Made by a program: the position numbers and the translations under genes. From NCBI GenBank assembly GCA_040954595.2, contig CM082579.2, positions 6,065,625-6,129,624 of the forward strand: DNA of 64,000 nt, written 5' to 3'. The notes under the pieces were generated by a model that did no database searches, was not told the origin of the DNA, and saw nothing but the letters and a program-made list of their open reading frames with translations. The DNA is from Balanoglossus misakiensis. Lineage: Eukaryota; Animalia; Hemichordata. Positions 1-12,770 of the stretch are shown piece by piece (position 1 is the stretch's first letter; every line of letters starts with the position of its first letter).

Positions 1-3000
1 TACTTTGTGTAAATTTAATGGTATATGGATATGGAAAATCCATAGATGTTCTCAAAATGATGATATCACAATCTGCTACTGAAGATAGCCCTAACATTTT
101 ACAGTACAGTATAGTTTTACGTGTGCTGATCAAAGTCCATATTTTTCAGTTCCCGGTTCATAGGATTCATATTAAATCCACCTTAAGTCCCTGGGTTGCC
201 ACCTGTGTGTTTTCTGAATGAGTTGGGTGTTGCGCAGGCTGTTCGGAAAGTATTGGTCAGCTTCAACCTTTTCCCCTCGAGGGGTATAACTCACTCTCAC
301 TCCTAATAATTGACAAGAGTTATATTAAGCCTCTCTTTAATGGGCACCCAATTTATGTTCTACAAGTTTGGGACTACAATCATCAAATCTGTTTATGGCC
401 GTTTGACGAGTTGGCTGTGTTAATACAATGACTCTCACTAAGGACTCTCCCCCCCCCCCCCCCACAAACACATAAAAGCACAACATCAAAATAGAAACAG
501 GTGGCCAGGTGTGCCTGGGGTGGCACTTTTCCAACTGGGAGACCGGAATCTGGAAGTCAAACTTAAAAACGCCAGATCTTACCTTTGAGAGAATTCCGTG
601 TCCTCACACCGGCTGAATTATGCGCTGTCATTACTTGCGTTAGTAACAGTATCACAGCCACCATACGTGTATACATACACACACGCATATATTCGCAGCT
701 CAGCGTAAGATATGCAAATACGGCAACAATCTATAGTCTTTTCTCTCTCTATTCATATGGTAATGCAGTCAGTCAAAGCGACTCCCTCGCATGTCAATGC
801 TGGCCGTTTGGATGAAAGAAGAAAAAGTCGATTAGTGCATGCACTGACTCAGTCATCAGAGGAGGAAACAAACAATGAACACAAATACACGCTCAGGTGA
901 AATACAATGCTGAAATGGGCCACATTGATTGTTGGTGGGTAACTAGGGGCGTTGCTAAGGCCCTTTGACAGATACAAACTGACAGCAGTGATGGCTCACA
1001 TGGGGCGCCCGTACCTGAAATCATCTACATATAAGAAGGATCTTCGTGATAAGAAGATCCGGATTTACGACCCAATCTAATCTAACCATTTGTCCTGATT
1101 ATGAGCATGGAAGGCAGCTAGCTATATACACACAGCACATTATAGACACAGCTTTTGGCCAGACACAACATAAACAGGCAGACCGAGCTGAGAGCAAAAA
1201 ATGAAAGCTCAAAGCGCATGAATAATAAATGCTGGGAAAACTATTCCGAGTACAAACAGGTCCATTAGGGCGAACAAATGGCCGGATACGTTTGAGTGTG
1301 TTTGGGTGGCCCCAGTCAGATTGCCAGCCTGGTCAAAGACACACACAAGCCATTTGCTCTGTGCTCGGTCGCTATGTTAATCCCTCTGCCAACTACAGCC
1401 TAATGCCACTGTACTCTTACTAGACACTCGAATCACATCAGAATTCAATGAGTCACTACATAATTTTCAAGTGGAAGTAATATTTGCACTTTCACTCAAA
1501 GCGAGTTTGATCGGCATACCTTTATTTGTTCAAATCCTCATAATTCCGTGTTCACACTACATTCCATTGATTTTTTTTCTTCTGTGGAGGAATGAAGGGA
1601 TGTCGCGTACTATGTTTGCTCAGCCATGGTTAAGCCGAATAAAATTGACCGGCTCCGGTCAATAAGATTTTCTTCCTTCTCTTGTATATTGTTGTAGTTG
1701 TTGTTGTTATTGTTGACGTTTCCAGGCGCAACCCACAGATTCCAACAATTGCTGAGAAGACAACAACAAATTCACTGTGCAAGAACAGCAATTAATCTCT
1801 ACTAAAAAATAAAATTTGAGAATCTGAATCAAATTGGCATTTTTATTTATAGTTGATATTAAAAAGAGATTATACATATTTCGCATAGCAACACACAAAC
1901 ATCCAAACAAGCATCCCTGATAAACCATGCACGTGACCTGATATATATTTTAAGGTCAAAGACACCTGTAAAATATACTGGTGTGATCTGGCAGAAAAAA
2001 AAAAGTATCAGATTTTGTTGGCAAGTCACAGAAGTGGCAAGTGATATTTTTGTTGTTGTTTTTTGTGTGTGCTAAGGGGTGGACCATTTGTTATGGGGGG
2101 GGGGGGGTGTTCCTTGATAATCTACAAGACTCTTTCAAAAAACTTTCTTACCGAGCACCTCCATCAGATCTTCTTTCTTTTAACATCATGAACAGCTCAT
2201 CACAGAATTTAACAAACTGGAAATAAATGAGGAAAGAGTTTGAAATGTAAATGTCAGATGTGTTATACTTCATTTCATGTGTATATGAAAGTGGTTTACT
2301 TAAATTTGCATGGAAAGACTTGAAAAACTTTTTAAAAAAACAATATTTATTCAATTGAAATTCTCCAAGACATGGGTGTCATGTCATATACCTGTAAGTA
2401 GGTTCTCTGATTTGGACACTAGATGGCGCCAAACGTATAAGAAGTCTAAAGTCAGAATATCAATCATCATCATCATCACAAGCACCAGCACCATCACCAA
2501 CGGGACCACCAACACCACAATTAATCATTCATCAACAAGACAAAAAGTTAGTAAAATTTCTGACAATCGCAATGCATGTACATTTACTCCGGCCGCCATC
2601 GCCATATATCCCGGGTGTGAACTAACCTCCGTCCCAGACTCTGTCCGTTCATTGATGTCACAAGACACACTAAAAACTTGTTTCAACCTGGCCGATTATC
2701 TTTGCTCACGTTACAGAATATGAAAACTTTTGAGACTTACATGGCAATGGTGGTTCTTCACCTTCTCCGCCACGTCCTCTGAGGCAACATCCCAGCAGAG
2801 AAGATGGAGATTGCAGCTGGGGCTTCTGTAGACTATAGAGCGCCACCAACGTCATAATCCTGATAGCCAAATTAATTTTTTGTCATCAACAAAAATCGTC
2901 AACACATTAGAGTAAAATTTAGTGAGGAAACTTCTTCAAATGACTGCACCCACACTTGTCCATTTCGCTCAAAGTGGACGTACACGTGGACCGTCGAACG

Positions 3001-3104
3001 CAAGTCGCACTTGTGAAGGTGGGCGTGGCACATTTGCGCTGAGTGCGATACGGGTGTGGTGACCCCTGACACCTGTTAGCGTCCCTGCGGCTCAGGAAGG
3101 AAAG

Positions 3105-4227
3105 ATGGCCGACAACCACAGCTCAGAAGCGAAACCACCGGTGGATGAAACCGGCGCTGATGAAAAGCCGTCGTTCAGCTTCAGCAGTGCTGACCATGTT
3201 TTCAGCATGTTCTCCGTGTGGTTAATTTCCTTCGCCCTGATCGCCTTCTTGACGTTTCGAATCCTGAAACTGCTCATCAAGGTTCTGTTTCCGATTGTCT
3301 CACCGCCTTTGATCAACATGTTTTCGAAGACGTACAATTCCAGAATGGGTGGTATCAAGCGGAAGCTGTTCGCCGATCTGGCGGAGCTACAAGCGAAGAA
3401 CGGTGGCAAGTTGACGATCTTGGAGGTGGGGGCCGGGTCGGGTGCCAACTTCAAGTACTACCCGAAAGGCACGAGAGTGATCGCGGTGGACCCGAACAGG
3501 CGATACAAGAAGTACCTGGAAAAGAACGCTAGCGAAGAAGGGCATATCCAGCTGGATCGTTTTATCGTCGCAACGGGCGAAGAAATGACCGAAATTCCAG
3601 ACAACAGTGTCGGCGTAGTTGTGTCCACCCTCGTAATGTGCAGTATCAAAGACCCCAAAGCCTATGTTCGTGGAATAAAACGAGTGCTAAAACCAGTAAG
3701 TATTGCATTTATAATGAAATGTACAAGTCGCCAGCAATATACGTACATATGGTACAATATCAGGAATGTCAAGTCTCCATGTTTATTGCTGGTTTGTTTA
3801 CATTTCGTAGGCATTGGCCCGCTATGCATCATGTAAACAAGTTGAAACAAGCCACACCGGTATTGGCATTTCAACGATCTCCAGAGAGTACTAGTATGCA
3901 GTATAAAAACTAATTACCATTGTAGTACAGGTTGCAAAAATATAACCCTTGCTGACATCATGTTGTTCATTGTTCTCTTTTCAGGGTGGCAAGTTCTACT
4001 ACATGGAGCACGTCAGTGCCAACAAGAACAGCTGGACGCACCTGATGCAGCGAGTGCTGAATCCAGTGGTGGGTTTCTGCGCCGATGGCTGTCAGATCAC
4101 CCGGCAGTCATGGAGGTTCATTGACGAGGCGGGTTTCTCACAACTGGAGTACAGTCATTTCTTAGCTCCTCTGAAGGGAATACTGCAAGTTCACAGGCCT
4201 CACTTGGTTGGATGTGCCATAAAGTAG
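3105..4227 (+). CDS. METTL7A: METTL7/TMT1-like thiol methyltransferase, paralog 1 (2 exons: 3105-3695, 3985-4227; 277 aa)
   Basis: N-terminal hydrophobic anchor, SAM-binding motif ILEVGAGSGANF, VVSTLVMCS and RVLKP|GGKFYYMEHV. Phase-0 GT-AG intron 3696-3984 joins the two ORF-track segments. Symbol is family-level, not a one-to-one ortholog call. Confidence 0.9.
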
Positions 4228-4330
4228 ATGACGACGTGATGGTGGTCATGACGATGACGATGATGATGATGATGACGACGACAATGACGATGATGATGAT
4301 GATGATGATGACGACGATGACAATCATGAT
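4227..4330 (+). repeat. Imperfect (GAT/GAC)n trinucleotide microsatellite in the 3' UTR of METTL7-like paralog 1
   Basis: gatgacgacg...gatgatgatgat run directly after the TAG stop; it explains the poly-I/V ORF 4118-4327. Confidence 0.9.
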
Positions 4331-5373
4331 AATGTATATTGATAATGGTATGATTAGGTTTAATACTTACAACTGACTTAACATTTTGTGATGTGATTTA
4401 ACAGTGTCAAAAACATTTAAAGAAAACTATGATTTATTCTCAGATATTTTATTTATACGGTTAATCGAATGAAAAGTAGTTTTATTATATTTTAATATTA
4501 CATTTTTAGATATCACTTCTAACCTGTTACTGCAGCTATGTCAAATATTATATAGATATATATACACTGTAACATTTTCTGTGAAACATTCCCTGTAACT
4601 TTTTTGACTATCAAAATTTGTATTGCCGTTTGAAGCAGAGTTTGACAATCATGTAGTTTTGATATTGACACAAGTCATCTCAGGAAAGATGCAGTGTGAC
4701 TGTCATCGGTGTCCACTTTTAAAGATTTTTTCTAGCAGAGCTGTTGGAACACTTTGTTTTTCAATTTTGATGCAAGATGGACAATCAATCATCATATGGT
4801 ACAACTGTGACAAAAGTAGAAAAAATTGGAATTGTTGTGTGCTATTCTGTTGTTTCTTTTGAAATGTAGTGTTGTGAGTCGTGAAAATGTTGTAATTTTG
4901 ATAACAGTGCAATGCCTCTTGTCTAATAAATGTCAAACTAAAGAGGAATAAAAACCTTTTAACAATTCGTCAGTAGGTGTGTAAACAAAATATTGTTGTA
5001 CCATCAGAAAGTAGGACTGACATATCAAAACATATTTCTTGTTTCACCTCCAAACGAAATTCATTTGATTGAAAAATGATTATACGCCAGAAAACGTGTT
5101 ATTTTTAAAGGCAATAAAGAAAATAAAAGATAATGAAAAATAAGTTACACTATTACTGGGAATTTGTGTGGGTGTATCACTTTTCCGTCCTAATGCGAGC
5201 CTTCAAACATATATGCGATAAAGGGACTGATAACCTCCCTTAATAATTTACTTGCGGATACAGGTAAAAGCCCTGACAGACTGATTTGTGGAGTGGCACC
5301 CCCGGAGATACCGGTCGGTGTCAAACATGTCAAAGGTGAAGTCGGGACATGACCTTTGTACTCTGCAACAAAG

Positions 5374-6397
5374 ATGGCGGCGCCGGTGACGACCGTGCAG
5401 CGACTGGCGTACTGGGCTCCTCGGTGTGTGGCGGCCGTCACCTGTTTATGGATAGTTCAGAAATCTGTGCGATACGTTCATAAAAAGGTGTTCCCGGTCG
5501 TATTCCCGCCAATCATGCAGCGCATCATGGTGTCGTACAACAAAAAGATGAACGACTTCAAAGTGGAACTCTTCCGCGACCTGGGCGACATGAAGAAACA
5601 AGCGAACCTGGCCAGTATGACAGTTTTGGAAATCGGAGCTGGAACAGGCGCAAACTTCCAGTATTACCCCGCTGGAACGACTGTCATTCCCGTGGAACCC
5701 ATGGGGAGCTTCGACAGTTACTTGAAGACAAACGCAAAGAAGTACCCGCATTTGACGGTGAAAGACACCGTGATTGCATTCGGAGAAAACATGGCATCCA
5801 TCCCGGACGACAGTGTACATGTGGTCGTTGTCACACTGGTACTCTGTTCCGTTCGTGATGTCCGAGCGGTACTCAAAGAAGTAAAACGGGTTCTTAAGCC
5901 GGTACGTTGATGAATCGCCCCCTGTCATCTTTCATGATGCTCAGAGCCCCATCCCAAAATATACACATTTGTTGTAGGATATTTTCCAACCTGTTGGATT
6001 CATTGCCCTAGCTGCAACTCGAGCTACTGAATGCGTGTTCAACACTTTCATATGACACATATTCCGGTATATAATCAGTGGCTACTTACTGTTCACACAC
6101 TTTTGCCATGGCCGCAGAAGCACCCATTCTCACAAATTTAATTCTCTTCTTCAGAACGGGAGACTCTTTTTCCTGGAACACGTCTACAGCGACCAACCGA
6201 ACGGCTGGTTACAAACTGCGCAACGCCTCATCAATCCAGTCTGGTTTGCGATCTCCGGATGCTCACTGTGCCGTACCACGTGGAGGGATATCGACAGCGG
6301 TGGCTTCTCCACTGTGAACTACAAGAAATTCAACGCACCTCTGAAACATGGGGGCAAATTAGTGAGCCCTCATGTGATGGGATATGCAGTCAAGTAA
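5374..6397 (+). CDS. METTL7A: METTL7/TMT1-like thiol methyltransferase, paralog 2 (2 exons: 5374-5901, 6155-6397; 256 aa)
   Basis: ATG in aagATGg context; VLEIGAGTGANFQYYP, VVVTLVLCSV, RVLKP|NGRLFFLEHV...GYAVK*. Intron 5902-6154 (GTACGT...ttcAG) is at the same position as in paralog 1. Confidence 0.9.
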
Positions 6398-7187
6398 CCA
6401 TGGCAACTGCTTTATATTTACTATCACTTCCCTGGCTTCTGCCAGTGTGATTTTATCAGTCGTATTTTATATTTGAAAATATAATATTTCAATTCTATGG
6501 TGATCGTATGCTACCATGGAGTCAGCAAAATGCAAACCACACACACTCAGGGAGACCATGTCATATTTCAAGAATGTATTGTCTTTATAAAAGTGAAGGA
6601 AATTATTACATATACCCATATATGGTTATGTGGTGGCACACTTTTTTTCGCGTGGCCACTCAAGTGAAAATGTATCATTGGTTAGATCCAGCTTGTCATG
6701 GTAACTGGCTAAATTTACATAGGTGACTGTATGCTTTTAAGATTGTAAAACATTGTATGTCTGTGATCATCATGACTTGATCATTGTCTGATTGTATTCC
6801 ATATGAGCTGTTATTTGGCTAATGTTCTCGCTTCAAAACAAATGGAAATAAATATTATTATATGTATTGGCAAATTTTGAAGCCATTCATTGTGATTGTG
6901 TACAATCGGCACACCTCTTTTCCATCATTAGCGACGAACAAGCAAAGTTCTTGACTTGGCGCCCTCAAGCGACTGAAAATGTCACGTTGCCATGCAACCA
7001 GTTGTTTGACAGGGCTGTGCAGCTGTGCGTACTGGTGGTACCTGCACAAACTGCCAGCTCCATACATTATTGCCTTAAATTTATTGTTCACCTCGAATTG
7101 ACGTTTCACCCAGTGAGACTGGGGGGGGGGGGGTGCAACAGGAAGAAAAAGTATTAATATATCGCTCATTTCCCGATTTAACAACGT

Positions 7188-7630
7188 GAACCACCTGTTA
7201 TCACGATATAGATAACATTATGATTTGACGCACGAGCATAACGCGTGTAATTTTCATATTAGTTGTAAACAACGCGGCAAATTTGTACTAGAAGAAAAAA
7301 AAGTATAGGCCTATGGATGTAAAAGATGAAACAAATCTTCCCCACCCCACCCCGTAGGTCTTCTGTTAAGTGCGATTACGACATCGCCGACTGGACTGGG
7401 GTTATGAGTTCATTCACGTATACATGCAGCTTTGATGTTAAATATTAACTTGATTGGCAACAGATGCACGTACTGCCCCTGTGGTACCATTGTTATCGGT
7501 TGCATGATCAGTCTTGGAAGAAAAAATGATGTTATTTTTATAAAATGCGTCGTATATAAATATATAGAGGTGTATATATAATAATGAAAATAAGATAATA
7601 AACCGAAAGAACATGTGCCAACAAATCTCT
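7188..7630 (+). repeat. Diverged direct duplication, copy 1 (copy 2 at about 8278-8760)
   Basis: Shared blocks such as gcataacgcgtgtaat, gttaaatattaacttgatt, cagatgcacgtactgc, gcatgatcagtcttggaagaaaaaatgatgt and ccgaaagaacatgtgc occur in the same order in both copies. Confidence 0.85.
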
Positions 7631-8277
7631 AAATATCTCTTTGTAAATAATACAATAGTGTATATATTGGTACCCATTGGAAATTTTGTTAATTCAGCTC
7701 TCACTGTATTCTGCGCTGTAAGTCAGCAAACTGTCCTCTTTCTCAAGATACATGGAAATCAATGTTATCGGGAAAATTTTGAAGTCATTTTCTACCGGTT
7801 ACAATCGGCACGTTATTTTGCAATCCACTGTCAAAAGATATTGATCTGAATGGGATGGGAATCTTCAAGGGCACAACTACAGAGCGGTAAACAAGCCGAC
7901 AAAATTCTTGATGGGGGCCTCAGAGCTAGAGATTGGAAAGGCAGCGAAATTAGAGAAAGGCACCCGAATGCTCCTTTTGGTTGTGTCACAATTTGCAGAA
8001 GAGCGAAGTGAATTTCTTGAATTCACGATTCAGATTTAGCTGACGGCGCAGGAAACAATTCGCCCTTCCCCTTTGTCTAATAACAATAATTGACAGTGTT
8101 TCATCTGTTGGATCTATCAAGCCTCGGCCAATCTCACCGAGGTCACTGTGGCCGATAGCCAACAGAAACCACTTAAATCGGCAAGTACCACTTCAAAAGA
8201 GAGAGAATGGGGTGTGACAGTGACCAAAATACATGTATATCGCCATTTCCACATATATCCCGGTTTCACAACTCGAA

Positions 8278-8760
8278 CCACCTGTTCTAATTATAGCAGG
8301 ATGATTTGCCGCACGTGCATAACGCGTGTAATGTTCATATTAGCTGTAACCATGGTAGCCCCATACTGTACGTACACGGCCAATTTGAAATAGAAAGACA
8401 AGTATATATACTGTTTTTTGTGATAGATCCGACGATCTGAATAAAAGGTGAAATAACTGTTTTCCCCCTACCCGCCCCTCCATACCCCGCTCAGTAGTTC
8501 TTTCTATTCTGAGTGGGATTTTGACATCGCGGAGTGGGGTTATGAGCTCAATCACGTATACCAGCCCTGAAGTTAAATATTAACTTGATTGTCAACAGAT
8601 GCACGTACTGCACCAGTGATACCTTTGTTATCGGTGGCATGATCAGTCTTGGAAGAAAAAATGATGTCATTTTTATAAAATGCATCGTATATATAGAGGT
8701 GTGTATATAATAATAAAAATAAGACAATAAGCCGAAAGAACATGTGCAAAAAATATCTCC
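8278..8760 (+). repeat. Diverged direct duplication, copy 2 (copy 1 at about 7188-7630)
   Basis: Same colinear blocks as 7188-7630; lies just upstream of the paralog 3 promoter. Confidence 0.85.
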
Positions 8761-8918
8761 GAATTTATATGAATTGAGTTCCATTCTACACGTGGGTTGC
8801 ATTCTAATACTAACTACAGTAACTGCAATGCGGTGTCAACTGTTTCAAGTTGATTTGATGCGAGGAGTTGCTAAAACAGTCATGTTTTTGAATCACGATT
8901 GAGCCGGCTGACCACACA

Positions 8919-9040
8919 TGACGTCACCGGTAGTGACAGAAATTACCCGAGTCTCTCTGACGGCAGGTAAGTTGTGTGCTCAATATATCGACCATGGAGC
9001 GTGCTATCGCCGGCTCAAAGTCCGATTGCGCGATATAAAA
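8919..9040 (+). promoter_or_regulatory. Putative promoter of METTL7-like paralog 3 (CRE plus TATA box)
   Basis: Palindromic TGACGTCA at 8919-8926 and TATAAAA at 9034-9040, about 60 nt before the ATG at 9101. Confidence 0.55.
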
Positions 9041-9100
9041 GTGACGATTCGGATTAAGCAATTTCATTATGCACAACAATCGGCCACCTGAAAACACGAC

Positions 9101-11277
9101 ATGGCGTTCCTCCTCGAGACGGGCTACTTCTGGGCTCCGACGATCGGCGCGGCCGTCATCGGAACGTGGCTGGGGTACAGAATTCTGCTCGCCTTTTACG
9201 AGGGCATCGTCTCCCCGATCGTCTTCCCTCCCTTCATGCAGCGCTTCGCGGAGACCTACAACGAGAAGCTGGACAAAGTCAAGCGGGAGCTGTTCTGGGA
9301 CCTGACGAATGTGGAGAGACGGTTCGAGGATCGCCCCATCATACTGGAAATCGGAGCCGGAACGGGAGCGAACTTCAGTTACTACCCGGACGGCGCGTCG
9401 GTGATCCCCGTCGAGCCGAATGCCGGATTCGAGAGCTACATCGACTACAACGCCAAGAAGTGTCCCCGTCTGACAGTAGAGAAAATGGTGCAAGCTCGCG
9501 GAGAAGACATGCGAGACATCCCCGATGAAAGTGTCCATGCCGTCGTCACTACCCTGACTCTCTGCACGGTTTCGGACCCGAAAGCAGTCGTCAGCGAAAT
9601 AAAAAGAATCTTGAAACCAGTGAGTGAACTGATTTTTTTTAAAGTATTTGAATTACCAATGCTTTTCGTCGAAACTCTTGAAAACAATTTCTGTGATACT
9701 TTCGAGATAGAATCATCCCCGTACACATTAGCAGTAACTTATTTCTCGCTTAGCACTGTGGATATAATCTTTCCAAGGTTAAAAAACAATCGTACAGTAT
9801 TTTTTCGGTTCAAGATTGTGTAACGTGAAGATATTCTATTCTTATCGACGCTGTAATATCTTATCATATCTGTTGTTATCGATGGTTGTGCTCATTTCGT
9901 TGAACTTCCCAAGCTTCAATTATCTGTGCGGCCAAACTGTTGCGGCCATGCAAATGCCCCTGTCTAAAACAATGCGCATCTTTGCAGAAAATATGCATCC
10001 AACTTCCAAGATGATGCGAGGAGCAGACATTGGAATCAATTCTCGCGCATGTCGGCATAATCCAGAAAATGCAACATTCGTTTTGTTCTCTTTACAACTT
10101 TTGACCGAAGAGGTCCAGGAGTAATGATGGTTCATCCACTTTATTCAGCTCACTCAAGAAACCCATCTTGGGGAAGTTGTCGAACGGAGACTGGTCATAT
10201 ACGAGTTTTCTCGAAGTTCACACTCGAATTCTATGTATGTTCTGACATGAAATTCAAGATTCCTTGTTTCTGACACCTTTAATTTTATGCAATAACTTTG
10301 CATTATTTCATCATCTTCGGAGGGGGGTTGGGGTTGTGTGGTCTCACGGATCACGTGTTCTACACATGCGTGTGCTCTGGCCAATCGTGAGCTGAGCTTG
10401 CGTGCAGGAATCGTCTGATCGAGCGTCGTCAGTCGTTGGAAGGTAGTAGAGGAATCTGATTGGACGCAGCAGGATTCAAGAATAATGCAACAATGAGAAC
10501 TTCAGATAGAGCGAGTCTTATCAAAACCAGTATCTGTTGTCCATGTAGCTATCAACAGGTGTGCAAATATTTTTGAGTTTTGCAAATTAAAGCTCTTGCT
10601 ACAGAAATCAATTACTTTAAAACTGAGTCGATCACGTGGAAGCGCGAAGAAGTTTGCAGATGAGAAACTTTCGCCATGTTTTGCATTGTTAAAAAACGAA
10701 TATTTCGCGCAACGGCTTTTAAAATATTTCGCTTTTTCAATTGTACATACTTAAATCATTGCATCATAATAAGTGGCATAGCTCGGTGGGGCCGCCGTGT
10801 GTGGAGATAGGGGAATTTAGTCATGCAGTTTTGTTGCCGCAAACCTTTGAACGAAGCATATTCCAATTTTCAGTTATGTAACAGCCTGAGGTTTCTCCGG
10901 GTTATTGAAATATTTTTCGACCTCGCTCAGTTCACCACAGAACTTTTGGATAGGACACTGTTTTCCAACGGTAAACCAAATTCCAATGTCAAATATTTGC
11001 ATTAAAATGTTTGTTTGTTGCTGATTTTTTTCAGAACGGAAGGTTCTACTTCCTTGAACCAATCGCGGGCAAGTGTGACACCTGGACCCGTACCTTCCAG
11101 AATATAGTATCTCCATGGTGGCCGAGTTTGGCAGGCGGGTGTCAGGCCAGAGATGTATGGCGCGAGGTCAACCAGGGCGGATTTTACAGCGTCGAATATC
11201 ACAAGTTCACAGCGCCGCTGTCGCCGCTGTACTCGTTGCTCCGACCTCATCTGGTGGGCTTTGCCGTGAAGAAGTGA
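9101..11277 (+). CDS. METTL7A: METTL7/TMT1-like thiol methyltransferase, paralog 3 (2 exons: 9101-9619, 11035-11277; 253 aa)
   Basis: ILEIGAGTGANFSYYP, AVVTTLTLCTV, RILKP|NGRFYFLEP...PHLVGFAVKK*. Intron 9620-11034 (GTGAGT...ttcAG) at the same position; exon 2 is 243 nt as in both other paralogs. Confidence 0.9.
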
Positions 11278-12080
11278 ATCAGTCTGACAGTCACGAGACG
11301 AGAAATCGCTGATGTCCTCGAACTTGCACTATTTATTCTCGGTCGATTCTCATTTTGTTAACTCATCAGTCATCACTGATTATACGTTCATATTTTTGTT
11401 TGTTTGATGCAAACGCTGTACTTGCACAATTCTCGTGGTTCTTGCTCATTTTGCACCGGAGATCACAGTTACTTTCTTTATTTATGCCACAATTTAAAGT
11501 TGTTTTTTTTGTAAGTTACGGTATATTTCACTTCTATAGAGTTGTCATTTGTCAGTTGAACAGACTAATCGCCAAATGTCAAGTTACACGTTCCTATGAC
11601 AGTCGAAAGATGCTTCAAATGTAGGCCCTACGCCTTATAATTTTTCTGTAAATACGAAATTTAGTAGTCTTCAAAGATAATTTCTGTACGTGTATAATTT
11701 GCTTTAATATCGATTAAAACTTCGGTTATTAAGGTACACATTGAGCGTGGTTTCATCTGTACTTACTGGTTTAACAAGCGTGCGATAATACCTACAAGGT
11801 CACTTAGACCTGATGACGTCACGACACGACCAAAAAAGTGGAATCGCCCTTCGAATTTAAAACCTCGCAATGCATGCCGGTATTTTTAAATAGTAGACCT
11901 TCTGTGGGAAGAAAAGAAAAGCGACGGTGGACGGGTTTTAAGTGTGCTGCGGTTCATTGTGTGACCAGCTGGTATTAAGGAGCAGGTCATCTGAAATTCG
12001 GCACGCCATCGGAAGCAAAGTGACTTTAAGCGGGATAGGAATAATCTGATCAGCGAGGTATACGTGGCATCAAAGAGAAG

Positions 12081-12770
12081 ATGACAGCAGTTGACGCAAA
12101 TTTTGGACTGATCACCTACTACGTCGGTTTGCTCGCTCTGGTCGTCGTAATCGGCTGGAAAGGCCTGATATATTTATATCCCAACTTTACTGTAGACTTG
12201 GACAACAGGATTCCTATCAGACTCCGAGACAGGCGTAAGAAAGAATGATGCAACTATTCCCCGATGCACGATTCACCTGGTTTGCTAAATTATAGGCCAA
12301 TCGGATGTGGTCTGACACAGCGACACCAATATTGGCGGATGGTGACCCCGGGACGATGACCTCATATCACCTTAAATCATGACCTTAAACTGGTCCCGTG
12401 GGCCGGGCGGTTAAGGAGAGTGTTACAGGACACTGATAACTGTGATCTGTTTATTTACACCTTCCGTTGTTTACTAGCAACCACACGAACAAACGAATGG
12501 AAGCTGTCTACGATACGAATGTTCTCTCGGTTCGAACCCCGTTAGCAATCGATTTAGTTCACAATGGCCACGCAAACGTCATAAAAGCGATAACTTGCGA
12601 CACTAATCGGCGTGACATTCCGATTAAAGTGTGATTAATGATAATAGCCACGCCGATTTAGTACTATCAGATTTTATAATGTTATGAACCGAGTTCGGGA
12701 TTTTTAACTGTTTTCAATAGGTATGCGAATGGCAACACGGCCATACAACGACCATGCAGGTAGATTATAA
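12081..12770 (+). CDS. Candidate small single-pass membrane protein (exons 12081-12234 and 12721-12770, 67 aa; 55 aa ending at 12248 if unspliced)
   Basis: aagATG start; MTAVDANFGLITYYVGLLALVVVIGWKGLIYLYPNF... hydrophobic helix followed by a basic tail. Donor C|GTAAGA at 12235 and acceptor ttttcaatAG at 12720 join in frame. CRE at 11814-11821, AATAAA at 12959-12964. Too short for the ORF track; no homolog recognised. Confidence 0.5.

Noticed and set aside
1-3000. Short ORFs and G/C homopolymer runs at the window start
   Set aside because: No protein motifs or consistent exon structure; appears to be intergenic DNA with repeat fragments.
8924-9726. Long antisense and alternate-frame ORFs over METTL7 paralog 3 (similar ones over PCM1 21897-22656, the GPCR and TRAF)
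   Set aside because: Shadow ORFs caused by GC-rich codon usage in the true coding exons.
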